Source: an uncultured Actinomycetota bacterium
GTDB taxonomy: Bacteria > Actinomycetota > Actinomycetes > Mycobacteriales > Mycobacteriaceae
Direction: 5' to 3'
Length of the DNA: 64,000 nt
Assembly (NCBI GenBank): GCA_963765155.1
Contig: CAVXVJ010000006.1
Location: forward strand, 38,638-102,637
Below, piece by piece: positions 9,877 through 21,817 of the stretch. The position numbers were made by a program, and so were the translations under genes. The notes below the pieces were generated by a model that was given only the letters and a program-made list of their open reading frames with translations, was not told the DNA's origin and ran no database searches. How positions within the stretch are numbered: the stretch's first letter is position 1; every line of letters starts with the position of its first letter.

Positions 9877-10662
9877 TTAGTGGTGGAGAATCTTGCCGAG
9901 AAAGTCTTTGGCGCGGTCGGTTTTCGGGTTCCCGAAGAAATCTGCGGGCTTCGCCGACTCGACGATCGCACCGCCGTCCATGAACACGACGCGGTTGGCG
10001 GCGCCGCGGGCGAAACCCATCTCGTGGGTCACCACCAGCATGGTCATCCCTTCCTTGGCCAACGACGTCATCACATTCAGCACTTCGTTGATCATCTCGG
10101 GGTCGAGCGCGCTGGTCGGCTCGTCGAACAGCATGACCTTCGGGTTCATCGCCAGCGATCGCGCGATCGCCACCCGCTGCTGCTGGCCGCCCGACAGCTG
10201 GGCCGGGTACTTGTCGGCCTGGTTGGCGATGCCAACCCGCTCCAGCAGCGCCATGGCCTTTTCGCGAGCCTCGGCCTTCGACTTCTTGCGCACCTTCATC
10301 GGCGCCAGCGTGACGTTGTCCAGGATTGTCTTGTGCGCGAACAGGTTGAACGACTGGAACACCATGCCGACGTCGGACCGCAGCTGGGCCAGCTTCTTGC
10401 CTTCTTCGGGCAGCACCTCACCGTCGATCGCAATGGTGCCGGAGTCGATGGGTTCGAGCCGATTGATGGTGCGGCACAACGTCGACTTGCCAGACCCCGA
10501 TGGCCCCAGCACGACGATCACCTCTCCGCGATCCACGTCGAGGTTGATGTCCTTGAGCACGTGCAGGTCGCCGAAGTGCTTGTTGACGGCCTTCATCGAG
10601 ATCATCGGCATGCCTGTCTGAATCGGATCGACCTCTTTCACATCCGACCCGGTGGTCTCCAT
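9877..10662 (-). CDS. gluA: Glutamate ABC transporter ATP-binding protein
   Basis: [25 protein letters not shown]. Confidence 0.92.
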   Translation of the reverse strand: METTGSDVKEVDPIQTGMPMISMKAVNKHFGDLHVLKDINLDVDRGEVIVVLGPSGSGKSTLCRTINRLEPIDSGTIAIDGEVLPEEGKKLAQLRSDVGMVFQSFNLFAHKTILDNVTLAPMKVRKKSKAEAREKAMALLERVGIANQADKYPAQLSGGQQQRVAIARSLAMNPKVMLFDEPTSALDPEMINEVLNVMTSLAKEGMTMLVVTHEMGFARGAANRVVFMDGGAIVESAKPADFFGNPKTDRAKDFLGKILHH

Positions 10663-10753
10663 GGATGCAGACCTTACCCAGGGATCGCCCAGCGTGCCTG
10701 GATCTCGTCAATCCGCTCAAATCCCCACGCTGACCCGTCCGTACCATGGGGCC

Positions 10754-12286
10754 GTGACTTCGATGGTGACGCGGGAGGCGACGGCTGACGGTGTGCTGTT
10801 CGCCAGGAGAGCCGCACCTATCAGGTCCGCACCTACGGCTGCCAGATGAATGTGCACGACTCCGAACGGCTGGCCGGGTTGCTGGAGGCCGCCGGATACC
10901 GAGCGCGCGGCCGACGGCGCCGACGCCGACGTCGTCGTGTTCAACACCTGCGCGGTCCGGGAGAACGCCGACAACAAGCTGTACGGAAACCTCAGCCACC
11001 TGGTGCCGCGCAAGCAGTCCAACCCCGACATGCAGATCGCCGTCGGCGGCTGCCTGGCCCAGAAGGACCGCGACACCGTCCTGCAAAAGGCCCCATGGGT
11101 CGACGTCGTGTTCGGCACCCACAACATCGGGTCGCTGCCGGCGCTGCTCGACCGTGCCCGCCACAACAATGCCGCGCAGGTCGAGATCGTCGAGGCGCTG
11201 CAGGAATTCCCGTCCACGCTGCCGGCAAAGCGCGAATCCGCTTACGCCGCATGGGTGTCCATCTCGGTGGGCTGCAACAACACCTGCACGTTCTGCATCG
11301 TTCCCGCGCTGCGCGGCAAGGAGGTCGACCGCAGGCCCGGCGACGTGCTGGCCGAAGTGCAGTCGCTCGTCGACCAGGGCGTTCTCGAGGTGACCCTGCT
11401 GGGCCAGAACGTCAACGCCTACGGCGTCTCGTTCGCCGACCCCGATCAGCCCCGCGACCGAGGCGCGTTCGCCAAACTGCTGCGCGCATGCGGCCGCATC
11501 GACGGTCTGGAGCGGGTGCGGTTCACCTCGCCGCACCCCGCCGAGTTCACCGATGACGTGATCGAGGCGATGGCCGAAACGCCGAATGTCTGCCCGACGC
11601 TGCACATGCCGCTGCAGTCCGGATCGGACCGGATCCTGCGGGCCATGCGTCGCTCCTATCGCGCCGAGCGTTACCTCGGCATCATCGACCGGGTGCGCGC
11701 GGCCATCCCGCACGCCGCCATCACCACCGACCTGATCGTCGGGTTCCCCGGCGAGACCGAGGACGACTTCCAGGCCACGCTCGACGTGGTCGCCCAGGCG
11801 CGGTTCGCGAGCGCGTTCACCTTCCAGTACTCCAAGCGGCCAGGCACCCCGGCCGCCGAGCTGGCCGAACAGATACCGAAAGCCGTTGTCGCCGAACGCT
11901 ATCAGCGGCTGATCGAGCTTCAGGAGCAGATCTCGCTGGAGGAGAACCGCGCGCAGATCGGGCGCACCGTCGAGCTTCTGGTCGCCACCGGCGAGGGCCG
12001 CAAGGACGCCAGCACCGCCCGCATGTCCGGACGCGCGCGCGACGGGCGGCTGGTGCACTTCAACCCGGCAGGGCGCGACATCCGGCCCGGCGACGTCGTC
12101 ACCACCACGGTCACCGGCGCCGCGCCGCACCACCTGATCGCCGACGGCGAGCTGCAGACCCACCGCCGCACCCGCGCCGGCGACGCGCACGCCGCGGGCC
12201 AGCGCCCCGCACCGGCGTCGGCCTCGGCATGCCCGCCATCGGCGTCCCCGCCGCGCAGCCGGCATCCACCGGGTGTGCGCCGGTGA
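10754..12286 (+). CDS. miaB: tRNA methylthiotransferase MiaB (frameshifts near both ends)
   Basis: [27 protein letters not shown] radical SAM motif, TRAM domain. Confidence 0.93.
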
Positions 12287-12897
12287 CCGCCGGCGGCCAG
12301 AACAACGGCGACTTCGAAGAGTTCAAGGGCGATATCGAGGCCGCCGAACGCCGCGTCGCGCGTGAAATCGATCCCGGCGCAAGGGCATTGGTGGTCGCGG
12401 TCTGTGTGTTCGTGCTGCTGCTGACGTTCATCCTGCCGCACACCGGCGATGCCAGGGGCTGGGATGTGCTCGTCGGTGACGACGCCGCGATCCGCGACGG
12501 CGTCGCCCTGCCGTCGCGGGTGTTCATCTGGATGGTTCTCGTGTTCAGCGTCGGGTTCTCGATGCTCGCGCTGCTGACCCGTCGCTGGGCGCTTGCGTGG
12601 GTCGCGTTGGCCGGATCGACGGTGGCGTCCTTCCTGGGCCTGCTGGCGGTGTGGTCGCGGCAGACCGCGCCTGAACCCCACCCCGGACCGGGCATCGGGC
12701 TGATCGTCGCCTGGATCGCGGTGATCGTGTTGACCGTCAACTGGGCCAGGGCGGTATGGGCGCGCACCGCCCTGCAACTCGCGGCCGAGGAGGAACGCCG
12801 CCGGTTGGCCGCCGAACGGCACAAGAAAAGCCTGCTGGACGAGCCTCGACGACGACACCGGCGAGCCACCCGACAGACCGGGCCGGAGAAGGCCTAG
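12283..12897 (+). CDS. Rv2732c-family membrane protein
   Basis: [17 protein letters not shown], four TM segments, follows miaB. Confidence 0.8.
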   Translation: MTAGGQNNGDFEEFKGDIEAAERRVAREIDPGARALVVAVCVFVLLLTFILPHTGDARGWDVLVGDDAAIRDGVALPSRVFIWMVLVFSVGFSMLALLTRRWALAWVALAGSTVASFLGLLAVWSRQTAPEPHPGPGIGLIVAWIAVIVLTVNWARAVWARTALQLAAEEERRRLAAERHKKSLLDEPRRRHRRATRQTGPEKA

Positions 12898-14220
12898 CTC
12901 TTTCTGCCGAGCGCCTCGGCCGCCGCTTCGGCCCACTGCCGCCACTGTTCGGCGTTGGCCCGTGCCTCCTCGGCGTCCTTGGTCCGCCCGGCCGCCGCGG
13001 CCTTCTCGGCCTGGCGCTCGTATTGCTCTGCGCGGTCACGGAATTGGTCGGCGCGGGCCTGAGCCTCCGGATCGACCCCGCGCGTCGGCGCGTCGCGCAT
13101 CTTCTTCTCGATCGCGCGCAGCCGTCGCTCCAGCTCGGCGCCCCGTTCGCGGGGCACCTTGCCGATCGCGTCCCATTTCTCGCCGATGGCGCGCAACGCG
13201 GCCCGCGCCGCGTCGAGATCGGAGGTGTCGAGCTTCTCCGCCTCGGCCAGCAGCGCCTCCTTCGCGTCGGCGTTGGCGCGGAACTCGGCGTCACGCTCGG
13301 CGCTGGCCGCGTTGCGGGCCGAGAAGAACTTGTCCTGTGCCGCCTTGAACCGCTGCCACAACGCATCGTCGACGTCCTTGGCCGCGCGGCCCGCCGCCTT
13401 CCACTCGGTCAGCAGGTCGCGGAACGCCGCGCCGGTGGCGCCCCAGTCCGTGGAGTCGGTCAGTTCCTCGGCGCGTTCGCACAGCGCCTCCTTGGCCTGC
13501 CGGGCCCCGGCCCGCTCGCGGTCGAGCTCGGCGAAATGCGATCCACGCCTGCGGTTGAACGTCTCCCGGGCCGCCGAATAGCGCTTCCACAACGCGTCGT
13601 CGGTCTTGCGGTCCAGGCCGCTGATCGTCCGCCACTCCTCGAGGATTTCGCGGAGTCGGTCGCCTGCGGCCTTCCACTGGGTCGAGTTGGCCGCCATCTC
13701 CTCGGCCTCGGCGGCCAGCGCCTCCTTGCGTGCGGTCTGCGCCGCGCGGAATTCCTCGCGCTTGGCCTTGTCCGCCTGCGCGTGGGCATCGGCATGCTCG
13801 ACGATGGTGGCCAGCCGCGCGGCCAGCGCGTCGACGTCACCGAGCACATGCGCTTCCGGCAGGCTTTCGGCCAGCGCCGCGGCCGCCGCCTTGATCTTGC
13901 GGGCGTCGCCGGTCCCGGACTCCAGCCGGCTTTCCATCAGCGCGACCTCGGTGTGCAGGTCGTCGAAGCGCCGGCCGAAATGCGCGAACGCGGCCTCGGT
14001 GTCGCCGGCCTGCCAGGAGCCGATGACCCGCTCGCCGGAGGCGGTGATCAGCCACACCGTGCCGTCGGGGTCGACGCGGCCGAACCGGTGCGGATCGACC
14101 GACGCGGGTGCGGTGACCGTCGGCGCCGGCCGGCCGGGGCGGGGGACGGGGCGCGGCGGTCCTGGCCGGGGAGCGGGTTTGGCGGTGGTCGGCGTCGCCG
14201 CCTGGCTCGCTGGTCGTCAT
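12894..14220 (-). CDS. DUF349 coiled-coil protein (Rv2731-like; N-terminal frameshift)
   Basis: [16 protein letters not shown], repeated DDALWxRF/Y units. Confidence 0.85.
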
Positions 14221-14382
14221 ATCCGTTACCTCGTACCCTCCGCGCGGGGTTCCGCGCACCTGCCGCGCGACGCGGCGCCTGGTAGCTGTTCGAACGCTAT
14301 TCAAACAGGTCGCCGCCGCCCGCGCCCACGCCTTCGCGATCGATGTGCCTACGCTCGTCACCGAAACAACGGGAGGTCGTCG

Positions 14383-15261
14383 ATGGCGAAGGCGGATATC
14401 GCCGCCCTGCTGGCCTTGGGCGCTGCCTTCTTCATCGCGATCGGCGACGTCATCCACCAGCGGTCCGCCCACGAGGTCACCGATGAACCCGTCAGCCACG
14501 TCGCGTTGTTCATGCGGTTGCTGCGCGACCGCCAGTGGTGGTTGGGCAGCTTCGTCGCCGCGGCCGGGTTCGCATTGCAGGCCGCGGCGCTGGGCCTGGG
14601 ATCGGTGCTGCTGGTGCAGGCGCTGCTGGTCACGTCGTTGCTGTTCGCGCTGCCGATCAATGCTCGGCTGACGCACCGGCGGGTGACCCGATGGGAATGG
14701 ACGTGGGCGGCGCTGCTGGCCGCCTCGGTCGCCGTCATCGTGATCGTCGGCAATCCGACCGCCGGGCATTCCCGCGCCTCGTTGGAGACGTGGACGGCGG
14801 TGATCGCGGTGCTCGGACCCGCCTTGGTGCTGTGCGTGATCGGCGCGCGGCATCTGGAAGGGCCCGGTCAGCGCCGTGCTGCTGGCGGTGGTTTCCGGCG
14901 CCCTGTGGGGCCTGTTCGCGGTGCTGACCAAAGGGGTCGTGGACCGCCTCGACGACGGCATCTGGGAACTTGCTGCGCACGCCCGGAGCTGTACGCCTGG
15001 GCGCTGGTCGGCGTCGCCGGCACGGCCTGGCAGCAGTCGTCGTTCCGTGCGGGTGCGTTGACGGCGTCGCTGCCGACCATGACCGTCACCGAGCCGGTCG
15101 TCGGCTCGGTGCTCGGCATCTTTGTTCTCGGCGAGACGCTGCGGCCCGGCGACGCAGGCTGGTTCACGCTGATCGTCGCCGTGGCGGTGATGGTGGTCGC
15201 GACCGCCGCGCTGGCCCGCGGCGAGGCGGCCACCGCCGATCGGGCCGCCGCACCGCACTAG
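14383..15261 (+). CDS. DMT-family membrane transporter (Rv2729c-like; internal frameshifts)
   Basis: LQAAALGLGSVLLVQALLVTSLLFALP, ASLPTMTVTEP. Confidence 0.8.
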   Translation: MAKADIAALLALGAAFFIAIGDVIHQRSAHEVTDEPVSHVALFMRLLRDRQWWLGSFVAAAGFALQAAALGLGSVLLVQALLVTSLLFALPINARLTHRRVTRWEWTWAALLAASVAVIVIVGNPTAGHSRASLETWTAVIAVLGPALVLCVIGARHLEGPGQRRAAGGGFRRPVGPVRGADQRGRGPPRRRHLGTCCARPELYAWALVGVAGTAWQQSSFRAGALTASLPTMTVTEPVVGSVLGIFVLGETLRPGDAGWFTLIVAVAVMVVATAALARGEAATADRAAAPH

Positions 15262-15270
15262 CGTGGTGGC

Positions 15271-15962
15271 GTGCTGAGCGCCATCGCGATCATTCCGTCG
15301 GCGCCGGTCATGGTCCCCGAACTGGCCGGCGCTGCCGCGGCGGAACTGGCCGATCTGCGGGAGGCCGTGTTCGCCGCCGCCGCGTCGCTGCCGACGCGGT
15401 GGATCGCCGTCGGCGTCGGGCCGGCCGACGCGGTGCGTGGGTCCTGAACGGGTCGGCACATTCGCCGGCTACGGCGTCGACATGCGGGTCGCGCTGTCAC
15501 CCGAGGCGGCCGAGCCCCGCGACGAACTGCCGCTGTGCGCGTTGATCGCCGGCTGGGTGCGCGGACAGGTCAAACCCGCAGGCGCGCGCCGAGGTGCGGG
15601 TGTACGCCGACGACCGCGACGCTGATGCCGCGCTGGCCCGCGGCCGGCGGTTGCGCGCCGAGATCGACGAGGCGGCCGACCCGGTCGGCGTGCTCGTCGT
15701 CGCCGACGGCGCGCACACCCTCACCGCCGCCGCTCCCGGCGGCGTACGACCCGGACTCGATCCCGGCGCAGGCCGCGCTCGACGACGCGCTGGCCGCACG
15801 GCGATGCCGCCGCGCTGACCCGGCTGCCGGACGCGATCGTCGGCCGGGTGGCCTATCAGGTGCTGGCCGGCCTGACTGGAGTCTGCGCCGCGGTCGGCCA
15901 AGGAGCTGTACCGCGGCGCGCCCTACGGCGTCGGCTACTTCGTCGGCGTCTGGCAGCCATGA
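15271..15962 (+). CDS. Rv2728c-like conserved protein (several frameshifts)
   Basis: [41 protein letters not shown]; upstream of miaA. Confidence 0.75.
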
Positions 15963-16877
15963 CGCGGCCGATCGCGATCATCGGGCCGACCGGCACCGGT
16001 AAGTCGGCGCTGGCGCTGGCGGTGGCCGAGCGCGTCGGCGGCGAGATCGTGAACGCCGACGCGATGCAGCTCTACCGCGGCATGGACATCGGCACCGCGA
16101 AACTGCCCGTGGCGCAGCGTCGCGGCATCCCGCACCACCAGCTCGACGTCCTCGACGTCACCGAGACCGCGTCCGTCGCCCGCTACCAGGAGGCCGCCGC
16201 GGCCGACATCGAGGCCATCGCGGCGCGCGGCAGCGGTGCCGATCGTGGTCGGCGGCTCGATGATGTACATCCAGTCGCTGCTCGACGAGTGGGCGTTCCC
16301 GGCCACCGACCCGGCGGTGCGGGCCAAATGGGAGCGCCGGCTCGCCGAGGTCGGCGTCGGCGCGCTGCACGAGGAGCTGGCCCGCGTCGACGCCGCCGCC
16401 GCGTCGTCGATCCTGCCCACCGACGGCCGCCGCATCGTGCGCGCGCTGGAGGTGGTCGAGCTGACCGGCCAGCCGTTCGCGGCGTCGGCGCCGACGATCG
16501 GCGCGCCCCGCTGGGACACCGCGATCATCGGATTGGATTGGGACACAACGGTTCTCGATGAGCGGCTGGCGCAGCGCACCGACAAGATGTTCGCCGACGG
16601 GCTGGTCGACGAGGTGCGGACACTGCTGGGCCGCGGGCTGCGCGAGGGCGTCACCGCGTCGCGGGCGCTGGGGTACGCGCAGGTGATCGCCGACCTCGAC
16701 GCCGGCGGCGACGGCGTCGGCGCCCGGGAGCCGACGTTCATCGGCACCCGGCGCTACGTGCGCCGGCAGCGGTCGTGGTTCCGCCGCGACCACCGCATCG
16801 TGCTGGCTCGACGGCGCCGCGACCGACAACGTCGAGCAGACGCTGAAGGTGTGGCGACACGTATCCTGAACTGGTGA
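15959..16877 (+). CDS. miaA: tRNA dimethylallyltransferase MiaA (frameshifted)
   Basis: [46 protein letters not shown]. Confidence 0.92.
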
Positions 16878-17750
16878 TATTCGCCAAGGGTCACGGCACG
16901 CAGAACGACTTCGTGCTGCTGCCCGACCCCGACGGCCGGCTGACGCTGACGCCGGCCGCGGTGGCCGCGCTGTGCGACCGTCGCCAGGGTCTGGGCGCCG
17001 ACGGCGTGCTGCGGGTGACGACGGGCCGAGGCGGCGCAGGCGGCGGGCGTGTTCGAGCGGCTTCCCGAGGGTGTGGAGCCCGGCGACTGGTACATGGACT
17101 ACCGCAACGCCGACGGGTCCGATCGCGCAGATGTGCGGCAACGGCGTGCGGGTGTTCGCCCACTACCTGCGGGCCAGCGGGCTGGAGAGCCGCGACGAAT
17201 TCGTCGTCGGCTCGCTGGCGGGACCGCGTCCCGTCGTGCTGCACCACGCCGACGACACCTCCGCCGACGTCACCGTCGAGATGGGCAAGACCAACCAGCT
17301 CGGGCACGGGTGAGGCGATCGTCGGTGGCCGGCCGTTCGCGGGGTTGGCGATCGACGTCGGCAACCCGCATCTGGCCTGCGTCGACCCGGATCTGACGAT
17401 CGACGAACTGATGGCCCTCGACGTCGCCGCGCCGGTTGCCGTTCGACCGCGCACAGTTTCCCGACGGCGTGAACGTCGAGGTGCTGACCGCGCCGGTGGA
17501 TGGGGCGGTGTCGATGCGGGTACACGAACGGGGTGTCGGCGAAACCCGATCCTGCGGCACCGGAACCGTCGCCGCCGCCGTCGCGGCGCTGGCATTCGCC
17601 GGCGCGACGACGGGCACGCTGCGGGTGCGCATCCCCGGTGGTGAGGTCACCGTCACGGTCACCGACGCCAGCAGCTATCTGCGCGGCCCGTCGGTCCTGG
17701 TGGCCCACGGCGAGCTGTCGGAGGAATGGTGGCGCGTTGCGCAGCGTTAA
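16874..17750 (+). CDS. dapF: Diaminopimelate epimerase (several frameshifts)
   Basis: [38 protein letters not shown]. Confidence 0.92.
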
Positions 17751-17795
17751 TTCGGATGCACGAGCCGCAGTAACCGTGCAAATCTGTAGTCGCTT

Positions 17796-19214
17796 ATGAC
17801 TTATCCCAATTTCCCCGTTCAACGACACACCCAGCTCGGGTGAGCTGGCCCTCGAAGACCGCACGGCGCTGCGCCGGGTGGCCGGGCTGTCGACCGAACT
17901 CGCCGACGTCTCCGAGGTCGAGTACCGGCAGCTGCGGCTGGAGCGCGTCGTGCTGGTCGGCGTGTGGACCGAGGGCAGCGCCCGCGACGCCGAGGCCAGC
18001 ATGGCCGAACTCGCGGCGCTCGCCGAGACCGCCGGCTCCGAGGTGCTCGAGGGCCTGATCCAGCGACGCGACAAGCCGGACCCGTCGACCTACATCGGGT
18101 CGGGTAAGGCGGCAGGAGCTGCGCGAGGTCGTGGTGGCCACCGGCGCCGACACCGTGATCTGCGACGGCGAGCTGAGCCCCGCCCAGCTCACCGCGCTGG
18201 AGAAGGCGGTCAAGGTCAAGGTCGTCGACCGCACCGCGCTGATCCTGGACATCTTCGCCCAGCACGCGACCAGCCGCGAGGGCAAGGCGCAGGTGGCGCT
18301 TGCGCAGATGGAGTACATGCTGCCCAGGCTGCGCGGCTGGGGTGAGTCGATGTCGCGGCAGGCCGGCGGTCGCGCCGGCGGCAGCGGCGGCGGTGTGGGT
18401 CTGCGCGGACCCGGCGAGACGAAGATCGAGACCGACCGCCGCCGCATCCGCGAACGAATGTCCAAGCTGCGCCGCGAGATCAAGGACGATGAAGAAGGTC
18501 CGCGACACCCAGCGCAGCCGCCGGCTGACCAGCGACGTGCCGTCGATCGCGATCGTCGGGTACACCAACGCGGGCAAGTCGAGCCTGCTCAACGCGCTCA
18601 CCGGCGCCGGTGTGCTGGTCGAGAACGCGTTGTTCGCCACCCTCGAACCCACCACGCGCCGTGGGGAATTCGAGGACGGCCGGCCGTTTGTGGTCACCGA
18701 TACCGTCGGGTTCGTGCGGCATCTGCCCACGCAGCTGGTCGAGGCGTTCCGGTCGACGCTGGAAGAGGTCGTCGACGCTGACCTGCTGGTGCACGTGGTG
18801 GACGGCTCCGACGTCAACCCGCTGGCCCAGATCAACGCGGTTCGCCAGGTGCTCAATGAGGTCATCGTCGATCACGACGGCAAGCCGGCCCCAGAGCTGT
18901 TGGTGGTCAACAAGATCGACGCCGCGGGTGATCTGGCGATGGCTCAGCTGCGGCGCGCCCTTCCTGACGCGGTGTTCGTCTCGGCGCGCACCGGTGAGGG
19001 TCTTGACCGGCTGCAGCAGCGGATGGCGGAACTGATCGCGCCCACCGACACCACGGTCGACGTGACGATCCCGTACGACCGCGGCGATCTGGTCAACCGC
19101 GTGCACGCCGACGGCCGCGTCGACGCCACCGAGCACACCGCCGAAGGCACCAGAATCAAGGCGCGGGTGCCGATTCCATTGGCGGCCAGCCTGCGCGAGT
19201 TCGCGACGTTCTGA
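17796..19214 (+). CDS. hflX: GTPase HflX (frameshifted)
   Basis: RGPGETKIETDRR, GYTNAGKS, FATLEPT, DTVGF, NKID. Confidence 0.93.
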
Positions 19215-19225
19215 ACCGGGCAGCA

Positions 19226-19247
19226 CCAGCCAGCCTTCGCTGGCTGG
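19226..19247 (+). terminator. Hairpin after hflX
   Basis: CCAGCCAGC-CTTC-GCTGGCTGG stem-loop just after the stop; no long U-tail. Confidence 0.5.
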
Positions 19248-19415
19248 CGGGTCAGTAAACTTTCAAGATCTCTTTGGCCATTTAAGTAGCCGGGCGAATC
19301 GTGCCCCGTGACGTCGCACGACGTGGTGACGCATGCGTCACTTTCGTTAGTTACCTGCTGCGGTTTGCGCTGTTTACGCTTGCGAAAAAACCCTGGTTCA
19401 CCAGGCTGTTTTCCG

Positions 19416-19439
19416 GTTAGGAAGGCAACGATCCGGGTA
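19416..19439 (+). promoter_or_regulatory. SigF-like promoter upstream of the gas-vesicle cluster
   Basis: GTTA-15 nt-GGGTA versus mycobacterial SigF consensus GTTT-N15-17-GGGTA. Confidence 0.55.
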
Positions 19440-19541
19440 GTGCTGCTGCATGCATCGGTGAATGAGTGGAGGGTTTCGAAGGCCATCCGGGCGTTCACTT
19501 CCGCTGTATGTCATACCTGAGCGGCAAGAGGAGAGTGTGCA

Positions 19542-20350
19542 ATGTCAAACGGAGCAAAGGTTGCCCTGGCCGTAGGAGCGGGCTACCTACTCGGCAGAAC
19601 GCGGAGGATGCGCCTCGCTCTGATGCTTGCGGGTGCCGGTCTGACGGGGAAGTTTCCGGCCCGACCGGGCGACCTTGTAGCGCACGGGCTGAAGTCTCTG
19701 GGAACGTCGGATCAGGTGACGAATCTGACCGACCAATTGCGTGGCGAGTTGCTGAGCGCCGCAAGGGCAGCCGCGTTGGCCGCAGCGACTAATCGCGTGG
19801 ATGCGTTGAACGACCGGATTCAGGGGATTGCGTCACCGGCGACCGACACCGTCAGCCGGCGCGGGCGACACCGTCAACCGGGCGAGTGAACCGATCAGGT
19901 CGGTGGCAGGGCTTCGCCGAGGACGGCCGTCGGATGAAGCGGAGGACTACGACGAGGCCGACGTCGACGAGTACGCCGACGAAGAGGAGCCGTCGGACCG
20001 CGACGAGGACGACTACGAAGACGCCGAGGTCGTCGATGAGGACGAGCTCGAGGACGAAGCAGCGGAAGAGCCTGAGGACGAGCTCGAGGACGAAGGCGAA
20101 GACTGAGGACGAGCTCGAGGATGAAGCAGCGGAAGAGCCTGAGGACGAGCTCGAGGACGAAGCAGCGGAGGAGCCTGAGGAGGAGCCACGCCCACGCGCG
20201 CGGCGCCGCGCGACTCGCCAGGCGACCAAACGGAGTCCGCGGCGGCGTTCCGCCAGAAGCGGTTCCGATGAAGACACCACTACTGCGGCTCGTACGCGCA
20301 AACGTGCATCGGCGGCGACGCGTCGGGCGCCAGTGCGGCGAGGACGGTGA
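19542..20350 (+). CDS. Gas-vesicle cluster protein, GvpY-like (frameshifted)
   Basis: LAVGAGYLLGRT N-terminus, acidic repeat middle and Arg-rich tail spread over three frames. Confidence 0.6.
20041..20179 (+). repeat. 36-bp coding tandem repeat (DELEDEAAEEPE), about 4 copies
   Basis: GACGAGCTCGAGGAYGAAGCAGCGGARGAGCCTGAG at 20041, 20108 and 20144, plus a degenerate copy at 20077. Confidence 0.9.
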
Positions 20351-20356
20351 TTTCAA

Positions 20357-21407
20357 ATGGCACAGGCATTGAGGGAACCAAGCCGCAACGGTCAGTCGAG
20401 CCTGCTCCAAAGCTCCCTGCAGACCTTGATGGAATCGGTCACTGACCGGGCCATGTCATCGATGACGGATCGCCTCAGCGGGGCAACCGATCGTCTCACC
20501 GACTACGCGCAGGGCAGCGGAGGCAACCTGGTGTCAGCGGTGACGGGATTCGACCCCGGTTCACCGGTCAAATCGATACTCGGCAAGGGAGTCAAAAGCG
20601 CGACCGGCAAGGTCAAGGATTCGCTCGGCAACGTGCTCGGCTCACTTACCGGTTCCAAGGGCAAAGGCGGAAACAAGATGAAAGTCACGAACATCGTTGA
20701 GCAGATTGACATCGGCGTGCCGATCAACCTTGCGTACGACCAGTGGACGCAGTTCGCCGAATTCCCGAAGTTCATGAAGAAGGTCGAAACCGTCGAACAG
20801 GTCTCCGACGAGAAACTGAAGTGGAAGGCCCAGGTCTTCTGGTCGCATCGCACCTGGGAGTCGACGATCATCGAACAGGTTCCCAATGATCGGATCGTCT
20901 GGCGCTCCACCGGCAACAAGGGATACGTCGACGGTGCTGTCACATTCCATGAGCTCGCACCCAATCTGACGCGAGTGATCCTGGTGCTGGAGTACCACCC
21001 GAAGGGGTTGTTTGAGAAGACCGGCAACTTGTGGCGAGCCCCGGGCAGGCGAGTTCGTCTGGAATTCAAGCATTTCCAGCGCCATGTGATGAGCGACGCG
21101 CTGCTGCATCCGGAGGATGTCGAAGGTTGGCATGGCGAGATCCGCGACAGCGAAGTGGTGTCCGCTGACTCCGATACGTCCGAAGACCGATACGTCCGAA
21201 GACGAAAGGCAATCTTCAACGTCCAAGCCACGAAAGACTGCTGGACGCGGCGCTTCGGAAAGGTCGACGCGGCGACCGGCCGCTAAGGCCGCAAGCTCGA
21301 GTCGCCGACAGCCGGCCAAGAAGAGCACCGGTTCAAGCCGGAGGCAGGCTGCCAAATCCACGCAGTTACGACTTCGCCGACGGTCGCCGGCGAAGAAGGG
21401 GAGTTGA
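20357..21407 (+). CDS. SRPBCC/cyclase-fold protein, GvpZ-like, with basic tail after a frameshift
   Basis: [47 protein letters not shown]; K/R/S-rich tail ending at 21407. Confidence 0.75.
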
Positions 21408-21409
21408 GC

Positions 21410-21814
21410 ATGACCACCGCTGTACAACCTGCCGGCGGAGGAGTCGGCGGGCACCCAAGCTCCAGCAGCCTGGCCGACGTCATCGACACGATCCTGGACA
21501 AGGGTCTGGTCATCGACGCATACGTTCGCGTCTCGCTCGTCGGCATCGAACTGTTGACGATAGATGCGCGGGTCGTGGTGGCTAGCGTCGACACATATCT
21601 GCGGTTCGCCGAGGCGGTGAACCGGCTCGATATTGCCGACGAGGATTCCAAGGCTGGCCTGCCGGACCTCGTCGGCGAAGTCACCAGTGGCGCCTCGAAG
21701 CACAAGACAAAGGGCGCGCTTGAAGCGGCGGGGGAGAAGCTGGGTGACCTTCTCACCGAACGGCAGCAGCCTAAGCGTGTGCCATCAGAGCGGCGCGGGA
21801 GTCGAAGGGAGTGA
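21410..21814 (+). CDS. gvpA: Major gas vesicle shell protein with C-terminal extension
   Basis: [52 protein letters not shown]. Confidence 0.92.
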   Translation: MTTAVQPAGGGVGGHPSSSSLADVIDTILDKGLVIDAYVRVSLVGIELLTIDARVVVASVDTYLRFAEAVNRLDIADEDSKAGLPDLVGEVTSGASKHKTKGALEAAGEKLGDLLTERQQPKRVPSERRGSRRE

Positions 21815-21817
21815 GTG

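Noticed and set aside
10418-15459. Long antisense or alternate-frame ORFs (10418-12265, 12756-14285, 13837-15459; likewise 37855-39546)
   Set aside because: Shadows of real genes in high-GC DNA; Arg/Ala/Gly-rich with no recognisable motifs.
15959-19214. miaA, dapF and hflX as true pseudogenes or programmed frameshifts
   Set aside because: All motifs are intact, indels are scattered without slippery sites, and dapF is normally essential; sequence error is more likely.
20041-20179. 36-bp repeats as a CRISPR array
   Set aside because: Units are head-to-tail with no unique spacers and encode DELEDEAAEEPE inside a gene.
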